The notes under the pieces: generated by a model
Database searches by the model: none
What the model was told of the DNA's origin: nothing
Seen by the model: the letters and a program-made list of their open reading frames with translations, nothing else
DNA from: Betaproteobacteria bacterium
Lineage (GTDB): Bacteria; Pseudomonadota; Gammaproteobacteria; Burkholderiales; SG8-39
Assembly: GCA_005881355.1 (NCBI GenBank)
Contig: VBDM01000022.1
Location: 1-24,805 of the forward strand
Direction of reading: 5' to 3'
DNA length: 24,805 bases
In this document: one piece after another, positions 23,656 through 24,805 of the stretch
How positions within the stretch are numbered: the stretch's first letter is position 1
Layout: each line of letters opens with the position of its first letter
Made by a program: the position numbers and the translations under genes

Positions 23656-24805
23656 ATGCCCAATACCACGAGTTCGATATTCGGAAGCACCGACAGCCCT
23701 CCGGCTGAACGAGACCTCCGTGACGTCTCAAGGGTCGAACCGGATGCGGTAGCTCATTCGACGGGGATATTGCCCTCTCAGGAGCTCGAATATCTCGTCA
23801 AAGCCACGCGGGAGATCATCGCCGTAGAGCCGATCCAGGAAGACCAGTATCAGCCGGCAAGCCTGGACCTTCGATTGGGGCCGGTCGCGTACCGGGTCCG
23901 CGCCAGTTTCCTGCCCGGAAAAAACGCGACGGTCAAGCAGAGGCTCGAAGACCTAGCGATGCACGAGACCGACATCAGTAGCGGCGGGGTGCTCGAGCGC
24001 GGTTGCGTCTACATCGTTCCTTTGCTGGAGGGGCTGTCGCTCAGAAGCCGGATGTCGGCGCTAGGCAACCCCAAGAGCTCCACCGGCCGCCTCGATATAT
24101 TTACGCGGCTCATCACCGACTACGGCACGGAATTCGATCGCGTCCGCGAGCAGTACAAGGGCCCGCTCTATGCCGAGGTATCGCCGCGAACCTTCAGCAT
24201 ATTGGTGCGCAAAGGTTCCAGATTGAGCCAGATCCGCATACGTCGCGGCAATCCTCCAAGCACCGACGAGGCCATGAGGCGCTTGCAGCAGGAAGTCGAG
24301 CTCGTCGAATCCGTCGATCGCGACGAGATCCGCAACGGCGTCCCGGTCTCCGTCGACGTGAGGGGAGGGAGCTCGGGACTTATCGGATACAGAGCGAAGA
24401 GTCACGCCGGGCTGATCGACGTCGACAAAGTGCGGCATTACGACGTGCACGAGTATTGGGAGCCGGTCTACGCACCCTCGCGTGGCGGATTGGTGCTGGA
24501 TCCGGATGATTTCTACATTTTGGCGTCGGAGAAGCCCGTGAAAGTTCCGCCCACGCACGCCGCCGAAATGATCGCCTACGACACCCTGGTCGGGGAATTC
24601 CGGGTCCACTACGCGGGTTTCTTCGACCCCGGTTTCGGACACCCGGCTGCCGGCGGCGAGGGAGCCAGAGCGGTCCTGGAAGTCCGTTCCTATGAACTCC
24701 CGTTCGTGATCGAACACGGCCAGATCGTCGGCCGGCTGACTTATGAGCGTCTTACCGCGCCGCCGAACCGGCTTTACGGCAGCAGCGCAAGCTCGTCGTA
24801 TCAAG
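23656..24805 (+). CDS. dcd: 2'-deoxycytidine 5'-triphosphate deaminase, long alphaproteobacterial type (runs off the right edge; not in the ORF track)
   Basis: Manual translation: TGILPSQ...QPASLDLRLG...RVRASFLPG...VLERGCVYIVPL...NPKSSTGRLDIFTRLITD...LDPDDFYILAS...GEFRVHYAGFFDPGFG...AVLEVRS...LYGSSASSSYQ. Confidence 0.92.
   Translation, partial: MPNTTSSIFGSTDSPPAERDLRDVSRVEPDAVAHSTGILPSQELEYLVKATREIIAVEPIQEDQYQPASLDLRLGPVAYRVRASFLPGKNATVKQRLEDLAMHETDISSGGVLERGCVYIVPLLEGLSLRSRMSALGNPKSSTGRLDIFTRLITDYGTEFDRVREQYKGPLYAEVSPRTFSILVRKGSRLSQIRIRRGNPPSTDEAMRRLQQEVELVESVDRDEIRNGVPVSVDVRGGSSGLIGYRAKSHAGLIDVDKVRHYDVHEYWEPVYAPSRGGLVLDPDDFYILASEKPVKVPPTHAAEMIAYDTLVGEFRVHYAGFFDPGFGHPAAGGEGARAVLEVRSYELPFVIEHGQIVGRLTYERLTAPPNRLYGSSASSSYQ

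Overview
GC-rich chromosomal window, most likely from a betaproteobacterium (inferred from protein sequences and gene order). It is mostly housekeeping: leuS (partial, missing from the ORF track), uvrD, yqaA, ilvA, 5-formyl-THF cyclo-ligase, slt, an NDUFA9-like SDR, cca, DUF2905, a MidA/NDUFAF7 methyltransferase, pteridine reductase and ttcA. Several items stand out. (1) A ~4.4 kb redox block holds a YfcG-type GST, a diheme cytochrome c, an RclA-like flavin disulfide reductase, and a coupled cytochrome b / Tat-exported Mo enzyme / Met-rich secreted peptide operon; together it looks like a two-compartment reactive-chlorine/oxidant defence module. (2) The CP1 editing-domain segment of leuS has sharply different codon usage from its flanks, suggesting a domain swap. 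(3) An orphan 80-aa protein convergent on uvrD ends in a beta-clamp-like motif (QLPLF). (4) There is a secreted FecR-SPOR fusion. (5) An intradiol dioxygenase gene is broken. (6) A MetE-like Zn enzyme is paired with a Bug/TctC solute receptor. (7) A long alphaproteobacterial-type dCTP deaminase (partial, missing from the ORF track) has atypical codon usage. I found no rRNA, tRNA, CRISPR array, transposase or phage gene. All product calls come from motif recognition by eye; no database searches were run.
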